From IMG/VR virus record IMGVR_UViG_3300044645_001661: DNA of 64,000 nucleotides. One strand, written 5' to 3'. This DNA comes from a virus. Taxonomy: Duplodnaviria > Caudoviricetes. The notes below the pieces were generated by a model that searched no databases, was not told the DNA's origin, and worked only from the letters and a program-made list of their open reading frames with translations. Positions 45,951 through 56,013 of the stretch are shown here, piece after piece. Position numbers and translations under genes: made by a program. The number at the start of each line of letters is the position of its first letter. The stretch's first letter is position 1.

Positions 45951-46958
45951 ATGTTTGATCACTTTTACCACGAAATTCTTAGAAAGACTATTGTAGCATT
46001 TGGTACGCTATTTAATGGTATAACTGTAGAAAGAAAGGATAATAATAACACTGTCGATTCGGTAATAGAAGTTCCTTTAGCTTATGGTCCAACTCAAAAG
46101 TTTTTGGCTCGCTTAGAACAAGAACCAAATTTGAACAAACCAGTTCAAATAACATTACCAAGAATGTCTTTTGAATTTGTTGGATTGCGTTATGATACTG
46201 CAAGAAAATTAGCACCAACACAATCATTTGTAGCAACAATAAGAACAGATAATACTGATTTAAGAAAGGCATATATGCCAGTTCCATATAATATGGATTT
46301 TGAGCTATCTATTATGACATTATTGAATGATGATATGCTTCAAATTGTAGAGCAAATATTGCCATATTTTCAACCTTCATACAATTTATCTATAGATTTA
46401 GTATCAAGTATTGGAGAAAAAAGAGATATTCCTATAACATTAGAAAATATTTCTATGCAGGATAATTATGAAGGTGATTATTCTGTGAGAAGATCTTTAA
46501 TTTATACTTTAAAGTTTACAGCAAAGACTTACCTTTTTGGTCCAATTTCTGGGTCAGAATCGGCAAAAGATATTATCAAAAAAGTTTCTCTTGGTCTTTC
46601 ATCTGGAGAATATGGAGACACTCCAAGAAGAAATGTTGTTTATACCGTTGAACCAAAGGCAACTAAAAATTATACAGGTGACATTGCAACAAATATTGTC
46701 GATAATATTAATGAAGAAGATACTATTATAAATGTTCAAGATAGTTCTGAAATTCCAGTCAATTCTTATATAACAATAAATAATGAAACATTATTTGTAA
46801 AATCAAATTCCAATAACACTTTAATTGTTGTTAGAGGATCTTATAATACTATTTCAACTGAACATGTATCTGGAAGTGCTGTCAAGTTGATAACATCTGA
46901 AGATAATTCATTAGTAAATAAGAATGATAATTTTGGATTTGATGGTTCTATTGATTAA
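45951..46958 (+). CDS. g15: tail sheath stabiliser/terminator gp15 with C-terminal extra domain
   Basis: FYHEILRKTIVAFGTLFN...VPLAYGP..KFLAR. Confidence 0.95.
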   Translation: MFDHFYHEILRKTIVAFGTLFNGITVERKDNNNTVDSVIEVPLAYGPTQKFLARLEQEPNLNKPVQITLPRMSFEFVGLRYDTARKLAPTQSFVATIRTDNTDLRKAYMPVPYNMDFELSIMTLLNDDMLQIVEQILPYFQPSYNLSIDLVSSIGEKRDIPITLENISMQDNYEGDYSVRRSLIYTLKFTAKTYLFGPISGSESAKDIIKKVSLGLSSGEYGDTPRRNVVYTVEPKATKNYTGDIATNIVDNINEEDTIINVQDSSEIPVNSYITINNETLFVKSNSNNTLIVVRGSYNTISTEHVSGSAVKLITSEDNSLVNKNDNFGFDGSID

Positions 46959-46966
46959 ATTTAAAA

Positions 46967-47404
46967 ATGGCAGAAAAATTTACCGACTTAGAAAGTGCTT
47001 TTGATGTAGAGACTGAGATTATTCACACAGAAAATACGTTAAAGGAAATAAAAAATATTGCAAAAGAAGTTGCAGAATTAAATAACGATGTCAGAAAAGA
47101 TTATGAATATACAAGAGGAAATCTTTATTCAATAATTGAAAAGGGTCAAGAAGCATTGAATAGTGCTTTAGAATTAGCTCAAGATGGTGGGCAACCTAGA
47201 GCATATGAAGTTGTTGGGCAACTAATAAAAAATGTATCGGATGCCACAGATAAATTATTGGATTTGCAAAAAAAATTAAAAGATATTGAAGATAATAGCC
47301 AAATAAAATCACAAACTAATGTGACTAATAATGCACTTTTTATTGGATCTACTGCAGAGTTATCTAAATTCTTAAAATCTAATAAAAACAACGAAAATAC
47401 TTAA
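46967..47404 (+). CDS. g16: terminase small subunit gp16
   Basis: DYEYTRGNL...PRAYEVVGQLIK...GSTAELSKFLK. Confidence 0.93.
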   Translation: MAEKFTDLESAFDVETEIIHTENTLKEIKNIAKEVAELNNDVRKDYEYTRGNLYSIIEKGQEALNSALELAQDGGQPRAYEVVGQLIKNVSDATDKLLDLQKKLKDIEDNSQIKSQTNVTNNALFIGSTAELSKFLKSNKNNENT

Positions 47405-47437
47405 TATTTTATAAATAAAGAAAAGTATCATCAAAAA

Positions 47438-49195
47438 ATGAAAAAGTTGTCTGAAGACCACAAAGAAATTGCAAGTGGTAAAAGAAAAGATGATGAAGGA
47501 TATATGGCTCGCAATGAAATGGATGCTATTGAGAGATCCATTAATAAATTAAGAAAGGTTATAAAAAAAAGCGATACTCAACTTCCAGCTTGGGTTCAAT
47601 CTAAAATTACTAAAGCGGCAGATTATATTGATACTGCTGCAGAATATCTCCAAAGTGATGAAAGTGTGGATGAAGAAGTAAGTGCAACAATTAATACACA
47701 AAAACATAAAGAAGCAAGAAAGCAAGAAAAAATTCGTGGTTTGGCAAAAAGTTCCAATCCAAATGAAGCACAAGTTGCAAAATCAAAATTAAGACCTTCT
47801 GCTTCCGTATCTTTGCCAAGTTTTAAAAAAGAAGAAATTTCTCTAGTACAAAAAATTCTTGGTGAAGAAAAATGTGGTAACGGGATGTATTGGTGTAACA
47901 CTGATAAAGTATGTAAACCCCTACCAGACGGGTTTAAAGTAAACGGTCAAAAGAAAAAACCAACAGAGGTTGGTATTGGTAAACCAGTTGCTGAGGCAAT
48001 GGGTTGTAATCACACCAAAAAAGGAAAATCATGTCCAGTTCATGGAAAAGATGACTGTGCAATGAAGGAAGAAATAGATCCAAAAGGTCCAGTTAAATCA
48101 TACAAATCACCAGAAGAAATTGCTAAAAAGCATGGGGTTTCACTTGAAACAATACAAAAACAACTTAAGATTGGAATTAAAGTAGAAGGTGAGCACACAT
48201 CAAATAAAACATCAGCAAGAATTACCGCATTACAACATTTAGATGAGGTTCCAGATTACTACACTAAACTTAAAAAAGTTGAAAAGAAATCTAATACAAA
48301 TGAAAGTGTTACAATTGAAGATATGTTCGGTAACACATTCGTTGAATTCATTGATTTAATTACACCCCAAGATGTTATAGATGAAGCAAAACTTCAATTT
48401 ACTCGTCGTGCTGCTGGAAGATTAGATGGTGTAAAAAAAACTGGTGAAGAAAAAGCATTAAACAAAGCAAATAGATTAAGCAATTCACAAAATCCTAAAG
48501 ACCGCCAGAGAGCAAATAAAATTCGCAAAACTGCAAAAACAGTTGCTGATAGAGATGCTGCACAAGCAGGTTCTGATGCAAGACAAGAATTATATCGTAG
48601 ACAGCAGAGAAGGGCAAATGATCTTGCTAAACAATTGATGCAAAAAGAGGATATTGAAGAAGCAGTCAGAATTCCATCACAAAATGGTCAGTTAATGGTA
48701 ATTATGTTTACTTGGAGAGGTAAATCTTATTCGTTAAGAATGTTCTTCCCTCAAATAAAAGTACCTTCAAGAAAGGAGGTTGAATATGAATTGCAAAAAG
48801 TTTACCCAGAAGCAAAAGTTCTACACGCTCAAATAACAGATTTGAGACCTGGTGGAGATCCTATTGTTCAAGTTCAAAATTCACCATCAAAAAATTATCT
48901 ATTAAATAACAAGACTATTGGTGAAGAATTAGAAGAAGATTGGCAGTCAGTAAATCGTAAAGATAAGACTGATGGATTAAGTCAAAAAGCAGTTGATGCA
49001 TATCGCAAAGAAAATCCAGGTTCAAAGTTACAAACTGCAGTAACTGAAAAAAAGCCTGAGGGCAAAAGGGCTGATCGCCGTAAGTCCTTTTGCCGCAGAA
49101 TGAAAGGTATGAAATCAAAATTGACTTCTGCCGAAACTTCAAGAGATCCAGATAGCAGAATAAACAAAGCATTAAGACGTTGGAATTGTAATTAA
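47438..49195 (+). CDS. multi-module late protein (DUF5661-like and DUF6321-like modules)
   Basis: QLKIGIKVEGEH...DYYTKL and RRKSFCRRMKGMK...SRINKALRRWNC; late promoter at 47410. Confidence 0.8.
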   Translation: MKKLSEDHKEIASGKRKDDEGYMARNEMDAIERSINKLRKVIKKSDTQLPAWVQSKITKAADYIDTAAEYLQSDESVDEEVSATINTQKHKEARKQEKIRGLAKSSNPNEAQVAKSKLRPSASVSLPSFKKEEISLVQKILGEEKCGNGMYWCNTDKVCKPLPDGFKVNGQKKKPTEVGIGKPVAEAMGCNHTKKGKSCPVHGKDDCAMKEEIDPKGPVKSYKSPEEIAKKHGVSLETIQKQLKIGIKVEGEHTSNKTSARITALQHLDEVPDYYTKLKKVEKKSNTNESVTIEDMFGNTFVEFIDLITPQDVIDEAKLQFTRRAAGRLDGVKKTGEEKALNKANRLSNSQNPKDRQRANKIRKTAKTVADRDAAQAGSDARQELYRRQQRRANDLAKQLMQKEDIEEAVRIPSQNGQLMVIMFTWRGKSYSLRMFFPQIKVPSRKEVEYELQKVYPEAKVLHAQITDLRPGGDPIVQVQNSPSKNYLLNNKTIGEELEEDWQSVNRKDKTDGLSQKAVDAYRKENPGSKLQTAVTEKKPEGKRADRRKSFCRRMKGMKSKLTSAETSRDPDSRINKALRRWNCN

Positions 49196-49209
49196 AAATA
49201 GGTTTTATT

Positions 49210-50856
49210 ATGGCTGATCATTATCTTGGTAATCCGCTTTTAAAAAAAGCGAATACTGCCCTCGAATTTACTCAAGATCAAATTATAGAATTTGCTCGTT
49301 GTCAAGACGATCCAATTTATTTTGCAAAAAATTATATTCAAATTGTTACTTTGGATTATGGTTTGCAACCGTTCAAACCATATCTATTTCAAGAAACAAT
49401 GATTGAAAGATTTCATAATCATAGATTTAATGTATGTAAACTACCAAGACAGTCTGGAAAATCTACAATTGTTGTATCTTATCTTTTACATTATGCAATT
49501 TTTAATGATAACGTAAATATAGCAATTCTTGCTAACAAAGCATCTACTGCTAAAGATCTTTTAGATCGTTTACAAACTGCTTATGAGAACCTCCCAAAGT
49601 GGTTACAGCAGGGAGTAATGACATGGAATAAAGCATCTTTGGAGTTAGAAAATGGATCAAAAATTATTGCTGCTTCTACATCAGCATCAGCAGTTCGTGG
49701 TGGATCATACAACATCATCTTCCTCGACGAATTTGCTTTTATTCCCAACCATATTGCTGATCAGTTTTTCAGTTCAGTTTATCCTACTATTTCTTCTGGT
49801 AAAAATACCAAGGTAATTATTGTTTCCACCCCTCACGGGATGAATCATTTTTATAAAATTTGGCATGATGCTGAACGTAAAAAGAATGAATATATTCCAA
49901 CAGAAGTTCATTGGAGTGAAGTTCCTGGTAGAGATGAAAAATGGAAAGAGCAAACTATTGCGAACACTAGTGAACAACAGTTTAAGGTCGAATTTGAATG
50001 TGAATTTTTAGGATCTGTTGATACGTTAATTTCACCAAATAAACTTCGTAATTTAGTTTATGAAGCACCAAGATTAAGAAGTGGTGGTTTGGATGTTTTT
50101 GAAGATTGTAAAGATGAACACAATTATGTAATTTCTGTTGACGTTGCCAGAGGTGTTGGTAGTGACTATTCTGCTTTTGTTGTTATAGACATAACACAAT
50201 TTCCACATAAGGTAGTAGCAAAATATAGAGACAATCAAATAAAACCAATGATATTTCCAAGTATAGTTCATGAAGTGGCAAAGAGTTATAATGATGCGTA
50301 TGTTTTATGTGAAGTTAATGATGTTGGAGATCAAGTAGCATCAATTCTTCATTATGATTTAGAGTATCAAAATGTTTTAATGTGCTCTATGAGAGGTAGG
50401 GCAGGTCAAATTGTTGGACAAGGATTTTCTGGGAAGAAAACTCAACTAGGCGTTAAAATGTCTAAAACTGTTAAAAAAGTTGGGTGTCTTAACTTAAAAA
50501 CACTGGTAGAGGAAGATAAACTATTCTTTAATGACTATGACATTATTAGTGAATTGACTACTTTCATTCAAAAATCAAATTCGTTTGAAGCGGAAGATGG
50601 ATGTAACGATGATTTGGCAATGTGTCTTGTAATTTATGCATGGTTAGTTGTACAAGACTACTTTAAAGAATTAACAGATCAGGATGTAAGAAAAAAATTA
50701 TACGATGAGCAAAAAAATCAAATAGAACAAGATATGGCACCCTTTGGGTTTATAGTTGATGGTATAAATGATCAATCATCATTTGTAGATAATACTGGAG
50801 ATAGATGGTATACCGATGAATATGGTGATATGTCACATATGTGGGACTATATGTAA
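49210..50856 (+). CDS. g17: terminase large subunit gp17
   Basis: Walker A PRQSGKST, Walker B IIFLDEF, nuclease VDVARG..DYS and NDDLAM. Confidence 0.97.
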   Translation: MADHYLGNPLLKKANTALEFTQDQIIEFARCQDDPIYFAKNYIQIVTLDYGLQPFKPYLFQETMIERFHNHRFNVCKLPRQSGKSTIVVSYLLHYAIFNDNVNIAILANKASTAKDLLDRLQTAYENLPKWLQQGVMTWNKASLELENGSKIIAASTSASAVRGGSYNIIFLDEFAFIPNHIADQFFSSVYPTISSGKNTKVIIVSTPHGMNHFYKIWHDAERKKNEYIPTEVHWSEVPGRDEKWKEQTIANTSEQQFKVEFECEFLGSVDTLISPNKLRNLVYEAPRLRSGGLDVFEDCKDEHNYVISVDVARGVGSDYSAFVVIDITQFPHKVVAKYRDNQIKPMIFPSIVHEVAKSYNDAYVLCEVNDVGDQVASILHYDLEYQNVLMCSMRGRAGQIVGQGFSGKKTQLGVKMSKTVKKVGCLNLKTLVEEDKLFFNDYDIISELTTFIQKSNSFEAEDGCNDDLAMCLVIYAWLVVQDYFKELTDQDVRKKLYDEQKNQIEQDMAPFGFIVDGINDQSSFVDNTGDRWYTDEYGDMSHMWDYM

Positions 50857-50910
50857 AGTAACAATTTAATAAATATTTTGTAGAGCAAAACTGAGATTAC
50901 GGAGAAAAAC

Positions 50911-53679
50911 ATGGCGACTCCTCAATTATCTCCTGGTATATTAGTCAGGGAAGTTGATTTAACTGTCGGGAGAGCTGAAAATGTATTAGATAATATTGGT
51001 GCTTTAGCTGGTCCTTTCGAAATTGGCCCAGTTAATGAACCAATCAATATCACTACAGAGCAAGAGTTACTTAATACTTTTGGTAAACCATCTAGTTCTG
51101 ATAACCAATATGAGTATTGGTTGTCCGCATCATCATTTTTATCCTATGGTGGTGTTTTAAAAGTAGTAAGAACCGATGGATCTACTTTAAGTAACGCTAA
51201 TGCTGGAGTTGCGGCATCAGTTACAACTACAAAAATTAAGAATTTCGACGACTATAATTCAAACTTTTTAGATGCTGCAAATAATTTTTATTTTGCAGCA
51301 AAAAATCCAGGTTCATGGGCAAATGGATTAAAAGTTTGTGTAGTAGACGATAAAGCAGACCAAATTGTTGGTATTGCAACTACAGTATTAGCAAATGTTA
51401 ATATTCAAGTTGGTTATGGTGTTACAGTAGATCTTAGTGGAGAAGTTCTTCCAGGAATTGGAACAACTTCAGTATTCCAAGGATATCTAAAAGGTATTAT
51501 TACTGACACCGTTGATAATATTAGGGGTGGATCAGTAATTTACGTTAAAATTATTTCTAGAGTCTCTACAGGCGGAACTGAATATCCAATTAGTTATGCA
51601 GAAAATAATGTATTGAATTCTATCGTAGAAGGAAGTAAATTGTCCATTGTGGACAACAACGGTGCGGTTGTATCAGATAAAGACTCTATAGGTGAGGTTG
51701 GTATAACCACGTTTACATCAATTAATGGACAACAGGATGAAGTTTATACTGGAGTAGGTGCTACCTCTTCAGGATCTGGAACTCAAGCAACATTTACCAT
51801 TACTAGAAACAGTAGTGATGGTGGTGTTCTTTCAGCTGCAGTTGTAAATCCTGGTGTTGGATATTCAACTGGAGATTCAGTAACCATTGCTGGAAGTGAT
51901 GTTGGTGGATTTAATCTAACTAATGGTGTTATAAGAACTGTCGGATTAACATCATCAACTACAGTTGTAGCAGCTTCAAACGCAACTTACACTGGAGTTG
52001 CTGGAGTAAGTACAGTAGGAACAGGCGTATCCTTCACAATTTATAGAAATGGTAGTGGTGGAATTGGGACAGTATTTGTTGCCAATCAAGGATCAGGATA
52101 TCAAGTTGGAACTGTAATTACTATTCCTGGAACTTCTGTCGGTGGAGTTGCACCAACTGATAACCTAACACTATCAGTTACTGCCCTTAGAGATGACAAA
52201 ATTGTTTTACAAGTATCTGAGGTAGCTTCTAGTATAGTTGCTGGTCTTACCGTTGATTGGTATAGCCAGCAAGTATTAAAATTAGATAATGGCATTGTAT
52301 TTTGGAATACTATTGCTCCTAAACCAGGAACATCACAATATGCATTGGAGAGAAATAGTAGATCAGATGAGATGCACGTTGTCGTTGTAGACGATTCTGG
52401 ATCTATAAGTGGTGTTAAAGGTAATATCTTAGAAAAGCATCTATTCTTATCAAAAGCAGTTGATGCAATTTCTTCTTCAAATTCTCCAACTAAAATTTGG
52501 TATAAGAATTATCTTGCAAACTTCTCAAGATACATCTATGCTGGAACTAACCCATCAAATGCTTATGATGGATATTGGTTAACAGATCCACAAGCTACAA
52601 TATTTACTTATGGTGCTAATTACACCTCAGACAATTTTGAAACTGATTTTGATCTCTATACCCTAGGTGAAACTGTTTGGGATAGACCAGCACAAGATGC
52701 AATCTTTAGTACAATTGGTCAAGTTACTTATACATTAGCAAATGGTGGTGACTACAGTGCTGGTGGTGGATTAAGATCAAGTCTCCCATATATTATGGAA
52801 TCTTACAATCTATTTGAAAATAGAGATGATATTGCAGTAGATTACTTAATCATGGGTCCAGGTGGAGAATCAATTTCTGAATCACAATCAAAAGCAAATA
52901 GATTAATATCTATTGCAGATTCAAGAAAAGATTGTGTTGCGGTAATATCACCACACAGAGCTGGTGTAGTTGGATTGTTGAATCCAAACGAACAAACAAA
53001 TAACATTATAGAATTCTTTGGTCCATTATCTTCCTCATCATATGCTATTTTTGATAGTGGATATAAGTACATGTATGATAGATTCAATAATGTGTTTAGA
53101 TATATACCATGCAATGGTGATGTAGCTGGTCTGATGTGCAGAACAAATATAGTTGCATATCCTTGGTATTCTCCTGCTGGACAGCAAAGAGGTGTTATTA
53201 AGAATGCAATTAAACTTTCATTCAATCCAAATAAATCACAAAGAGACGCCCTTTATTCTGCAAGAATTAATCCAGTTATTAATCAACCTGGAGTTGGCAT
53301 TATCTTGTTCGGTGATAAAACAGCATTATCTTATGCATCTGCCTTTGATAGAATTAATGTTCGCAGACTATTTTTAACAGTTGAACAGGCATTGGAAAAA
53401 GCTGCTCAGGCACAACTCTTCGAGTTTAACGATCAGATTACAAGAGCAAACTTTGTCAACATCGTTGAACCATACTTACGTGATATTCAGGCAAAGAGAG
53501 GTGTTTATGACTTCCTAGTAATTTGTGATGAAACTAACAACACACCTGATATTATTGATAATAATGAATTCAGAGCTGACATCTTCCTGAAACCAGCTAA
53601 ATCTATCAACTACATTACACTAACCTTTGTTGCTACTAGAACAGGGGTAAGTTTTGAAGAAGTGGCTGGTAGAGTTTGA
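50911..53679 (+). CDS. g18: tail sheath protein gp18 (922 aa, with insertions)
   Basis: LSPGILVREVDLT; AFDRINVRRLFL; IFLKPAKSINYI. Confidence 0.97.
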   Translation: MATPQLSPGILVREVDLTVGRAENVLDNIGALAGPFEIGPVNEPINITTEQELLNTFGKPSSSDNQYEYWLSASSFLSYGGVLKVVRTDGSTLSNANAGVAASVTTTKIKNFDDYNSNFLDAANNFYFAAKNPGSWANGLKVCVVDDKADQIVGIATTVLANVNIQVGYGVTVDLSGEVLPGIGTTSVFQGYLKGIITDTVDNIRGGSVIYVKIISRVSTGGTEYPISYAENNVLNSIVEGSKLSIVDNNGAVVSDKDSIGEVGITTFTSINGQQDEVYTGVGATSSGSGTQATFTITRNSSDGGVLSAAVVNPGVGYSTGDSVTIAGSDVGGFNLTNGVIRTVGLTSSTTVVAASNATYTGVAGVSTVGTGVSFTIYRNGSGGIGTVFVANQGSGYQVGTVITIPGTSVGGVAPTDNLTLSVTALRDDKIVLQVSEVASSIVAGLTVDWYSQQVLKLDNGIVFWNTIAPKPGTSQYALERNSRSDEMHVVVVDDSGSISGVKGNILEKHLFLSKAVDAISSSNSPTKIWYKNYLANFSRYIYAGTNPSNAYDGYWLTDPQATIFTYGANYTSDNFETDFDLYTLGETVWDRPAQDAIFSTIGQVTYTLANGGDYSAGGGLRSSLPYIMESYNLFENRDDIAVDYLIMGPGGESISESQSKANRLISIADSRKDCVAVISPHRAGVVGLLNPNEQTNNIIEFFGPLSSSSYAIFDSGYKYMYDRFNNVFRYIPCNGDVAGLMCRTNIVAYPWYSPAGQQRGVIKNAIKLSFNPNKSQRDALYSARINPVINQPGVGIILFGDKTALSYASAFDRINVRRLFLTVEQALEKAAQAQLFEFNDQITRANFVNIVEPYLRDIQAKRGVYDFLVICDETNNTPDIIDNNEFRADIFLKPAKSINYITLTFVATRTGVSFEEVAGRV

Positions 53680-53714
53680 TCTATATTATTTAATTAACGA
53701 AGGAGGATCCTACA

Positions 53715-54317
53715 ATGTCAACTAGAAACATCAGAACAATCACTGATTTTAAATCAAAACTACAAGGTGGAGCAGCCAGACCAAATCTATTTGAAGTATC
53801 TATCCCAACTTTTCCAGCCTCAGTAACTGGATGGGATGATGAAACATTCCAATTTATGTGCAAATCTGCTGCTCTACCAGCTTCTAACGTAGCACCTATC
53901 GATGTTCCATTTAGAGGTCGTATTTTAAAAGTTGCTGGAGACAGAACATTTGATACTTGGACCGTGACTATCATTAATGATGAAGACTTTAAACTAAGAA
54001 CTGCATTTGAGCAGTGGATGAATCAAATTAGTAAATTAGATAATGCTACTGGTGCTACGAGCCCAACATCATATATGGTAAATGCATTTGTCTATCAATT
54101 AGGTAGAGGTGCATCAAGATTTTCGGATGGAAATACCGACAATTTGACTAATACTGCATTAAGAACATATAAGTTCTATGATATCTTCCCAACTAATGTA
54201 TCTCAAATTGATCTTTCTTATGATACTTCAGATACAATTGAAGAATACACCGTAGAATTCCAAGTTCAATGGTGGCAAGCGGAAGGTACTGATCAAACCA
54301 ATACTGAAATTAGATAA
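53715..54317 (+). CDS. g19: tail tube protein gp19
   Basis: GGAARPNLFEV; FRGRILKVAGDRTFDTW; IEEYTVEFQVQWW. Confidence 0.97.
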   Translation: MSTRNIRTITDFKSKLQGGAARPNLFEVSIPTFPASVTGWDDETFQFMCKSAALPASNVAPIDVPFRGRILKVAGDRTFDTWTVTIINDEDFKLRTAFEQWMNQISKLDNATGATSPTSYMVNAFVYQLGRGASRFSDGNTDNLTNTALRTYKFYDIFPTNVSQIDLSYDTSDTIEEYTVEFQVQWWQAEGTDQTNTEIR

Positions 54318-54351
54318 TAAATAGTAACAGATTTAGAAGTTTATTTTAGTA

Positions 54352-56013
54352 ATGGCAAAATTATTTGGATTTTCTATAGAGAATAAGGAATCTATCTCAC
54401 CTTCTGTAGTATCCCCCGTCCCTCAAAACAATGAGGACGGGGTTGATCATTATTTAACAAGTGGTTTTTTTGGATCTTATGTAGATATAGAAGGTGTTTA
54501 TAGAACAGAATATGATTTAATTAAAAGATATAGAGAAATGTCACTTCACCCAGAAGTTGATAGTGCCATTGAAGATATTGTTAATGAAGCTATTGTTAGT
54601 GATAGTAACGATACTCCAGTACAAATTGAATTATCTAATTTAAATGCCAGTGATGGATTAAAAAAGAAAATAAGAGAAGAATTTAAAACAATTTTAGATT
54701 TATTAGATTTTGATAAAAAATCTCATGAAATTTATAGGAATTGGTACGTTGATGGAAGACTTTATTATCATAAAGTAATTGATCTAAAAAATCCTCACAA
54801 AGGTATCCAAGAATTAAGATATATTGACGCATTAAAAATGCGTTACATTAGACAATCTGTTAGTAAAAAGAAAAATAATGGTGGAGTTAGGATAAAAAAT
54901 TCTAACGATGAAAATCCAATGGATTATGATTTTCCAGAAATTGAAGAATATTTTGTGTATAATCCCACTGCACAATCTCCAATTGGGTCTATGAATGGAA
55001 GAAATTCCAGTCAAGCAAATTCTGGTATAAAAATTGCAAGGGATGCAATAACTTATTGTACTTCTGGATTAGTAGACAGAAATAAAGGAACTTGTTTATC
55101 TTACTTACATAAAGCAATCAAATCTCTCAATCAACTTCGCATGATTGAAGATAGTCTTGTTATCTACAGGTTATCTCGTGCCCCAGAACGTAGAATTTTT
55201 TATATCGACGTAGGTAATTTACCAAAAATTAAAGCAGAGCAATATTTACGTGACGTTATGATGCGTTATCGTAATAAACTTGTTTATGATGCTAGCACTG
55301 GTGAGATTAGAGATGATAAGAAGTTCATGAGTATGCTTGAGGACTTCTGGTTACCTCGCCGTGAAGGTGGTAGAGGAACTGAAATTACAACTCTTCCAGG
55401 TGGTCAAAACCTTGGTGAAATTACAGATATTAAATATTTCCAAAGTAAATTATATAAATCTTTGAATGTTCCCCCATCAAGAATAGAAGGTGAAGGTGGA
55501 TTTAATCTTGGAAGATCATCTGAAATTTTACGAGATGAACTTAAATTTACCAAATTTGTTGGTAGATTAAGAAGACGTTTTTCTAACATGTTTAATGACA
55601 TGTTAAAAACTCAATTAATACTAAAAAATATCGTAACTCCAGAAGATTGGGAGCAAATGAGTGAGCATATTCAATATGATTTCCTTTATGACAATCACTT
55701 CTCAGAATTAAAAGAAGCAGAATTAATGACTGAAAGGTTAAATATTGCGGCTACTGCTGAACCTTATATTGGTAAATATTATTCTCAAGATTATGTAAGA
55801 CGTAAAATTTTACGCCAAACTGATGAAGAAATTATTGAACAAGATCAACTTATTAAAAAAGAAATTAAATCTGGTATTATTCCAGATCCAAATGCACCAA
55901 TAGATCCAAATACTGGTATGCCTATGGATGCAAGTCAAAATAATATCGATGGTGCATCTGGAAAAGTTCCAATAGAACCAGGAATAAACGCATCAGATAC
56001 AGAAGTTAAGTAA
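54352..56013 (+). CDS. g20: portal protein gp20
   Basis: RAPERRIFYIDVGNLPK; EDFWLPRREGGRGTEITTLPGG. Confidence 0.98.
   Translation: MAKLFGFSIENKESISPSVVSPVPQNNEDGVDHYLTSGFFGSYVDIEGVYRTEYDLIKRYREMSLHPEVDSAIEDIVNEAIVSDSNDTPVQIELSNLNASDGLKKKIREEFKTILDLLDFDKKSHEIYRNWYVDGRLYYHKVIDLKNPHKGIQELRYIDALKMRYIRQSVSKKKNNGGVRIKNSNDENPMDYDFPEIEEYFVYNPTAQSPIGSMNGRNSSQANSGIKIARDAITYCTSGLVDRNKGTCLSYLHKAIKSLNQLRMIEDSLVIYRLSRAPERRIFYIDVGNLPKIKAEQYLRDVMMRYRNKLVYDASTGEIRDDKKFMSMLEDFWLPRREGGRGTEITTLPGGQNLGEITDIKYFQSKLYKSLNVPPSRIEGEGGFNLGRSSEILRDELKFTKFVGRLRRRFSNMFNDMLKTQLILKNIVTPEDWEQMSEHIQYDFLYDNHFSELKEAELMTERLNIAATAEPYIGKYYSQDYVRRKILRQTDEEIIEQDQLIKKEIKSGIIPDPNAPIDPNTGMPMDASQNNIDGASGKVPIEPGINASDTEVK

Noticed and set aside
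23848-55601. numerous 60-130-aa minus-strand or alternative-frame ORFs inside structural genes
   Set aside because: antisense or frame shadows of long genes, with no independent signals
49210-56013. introns or inteins in terminase, sheath or portal
   Set aside because: ORFs are uninterrupted; terminase and portal lengths are normal; the sheath excess is explained by repeats
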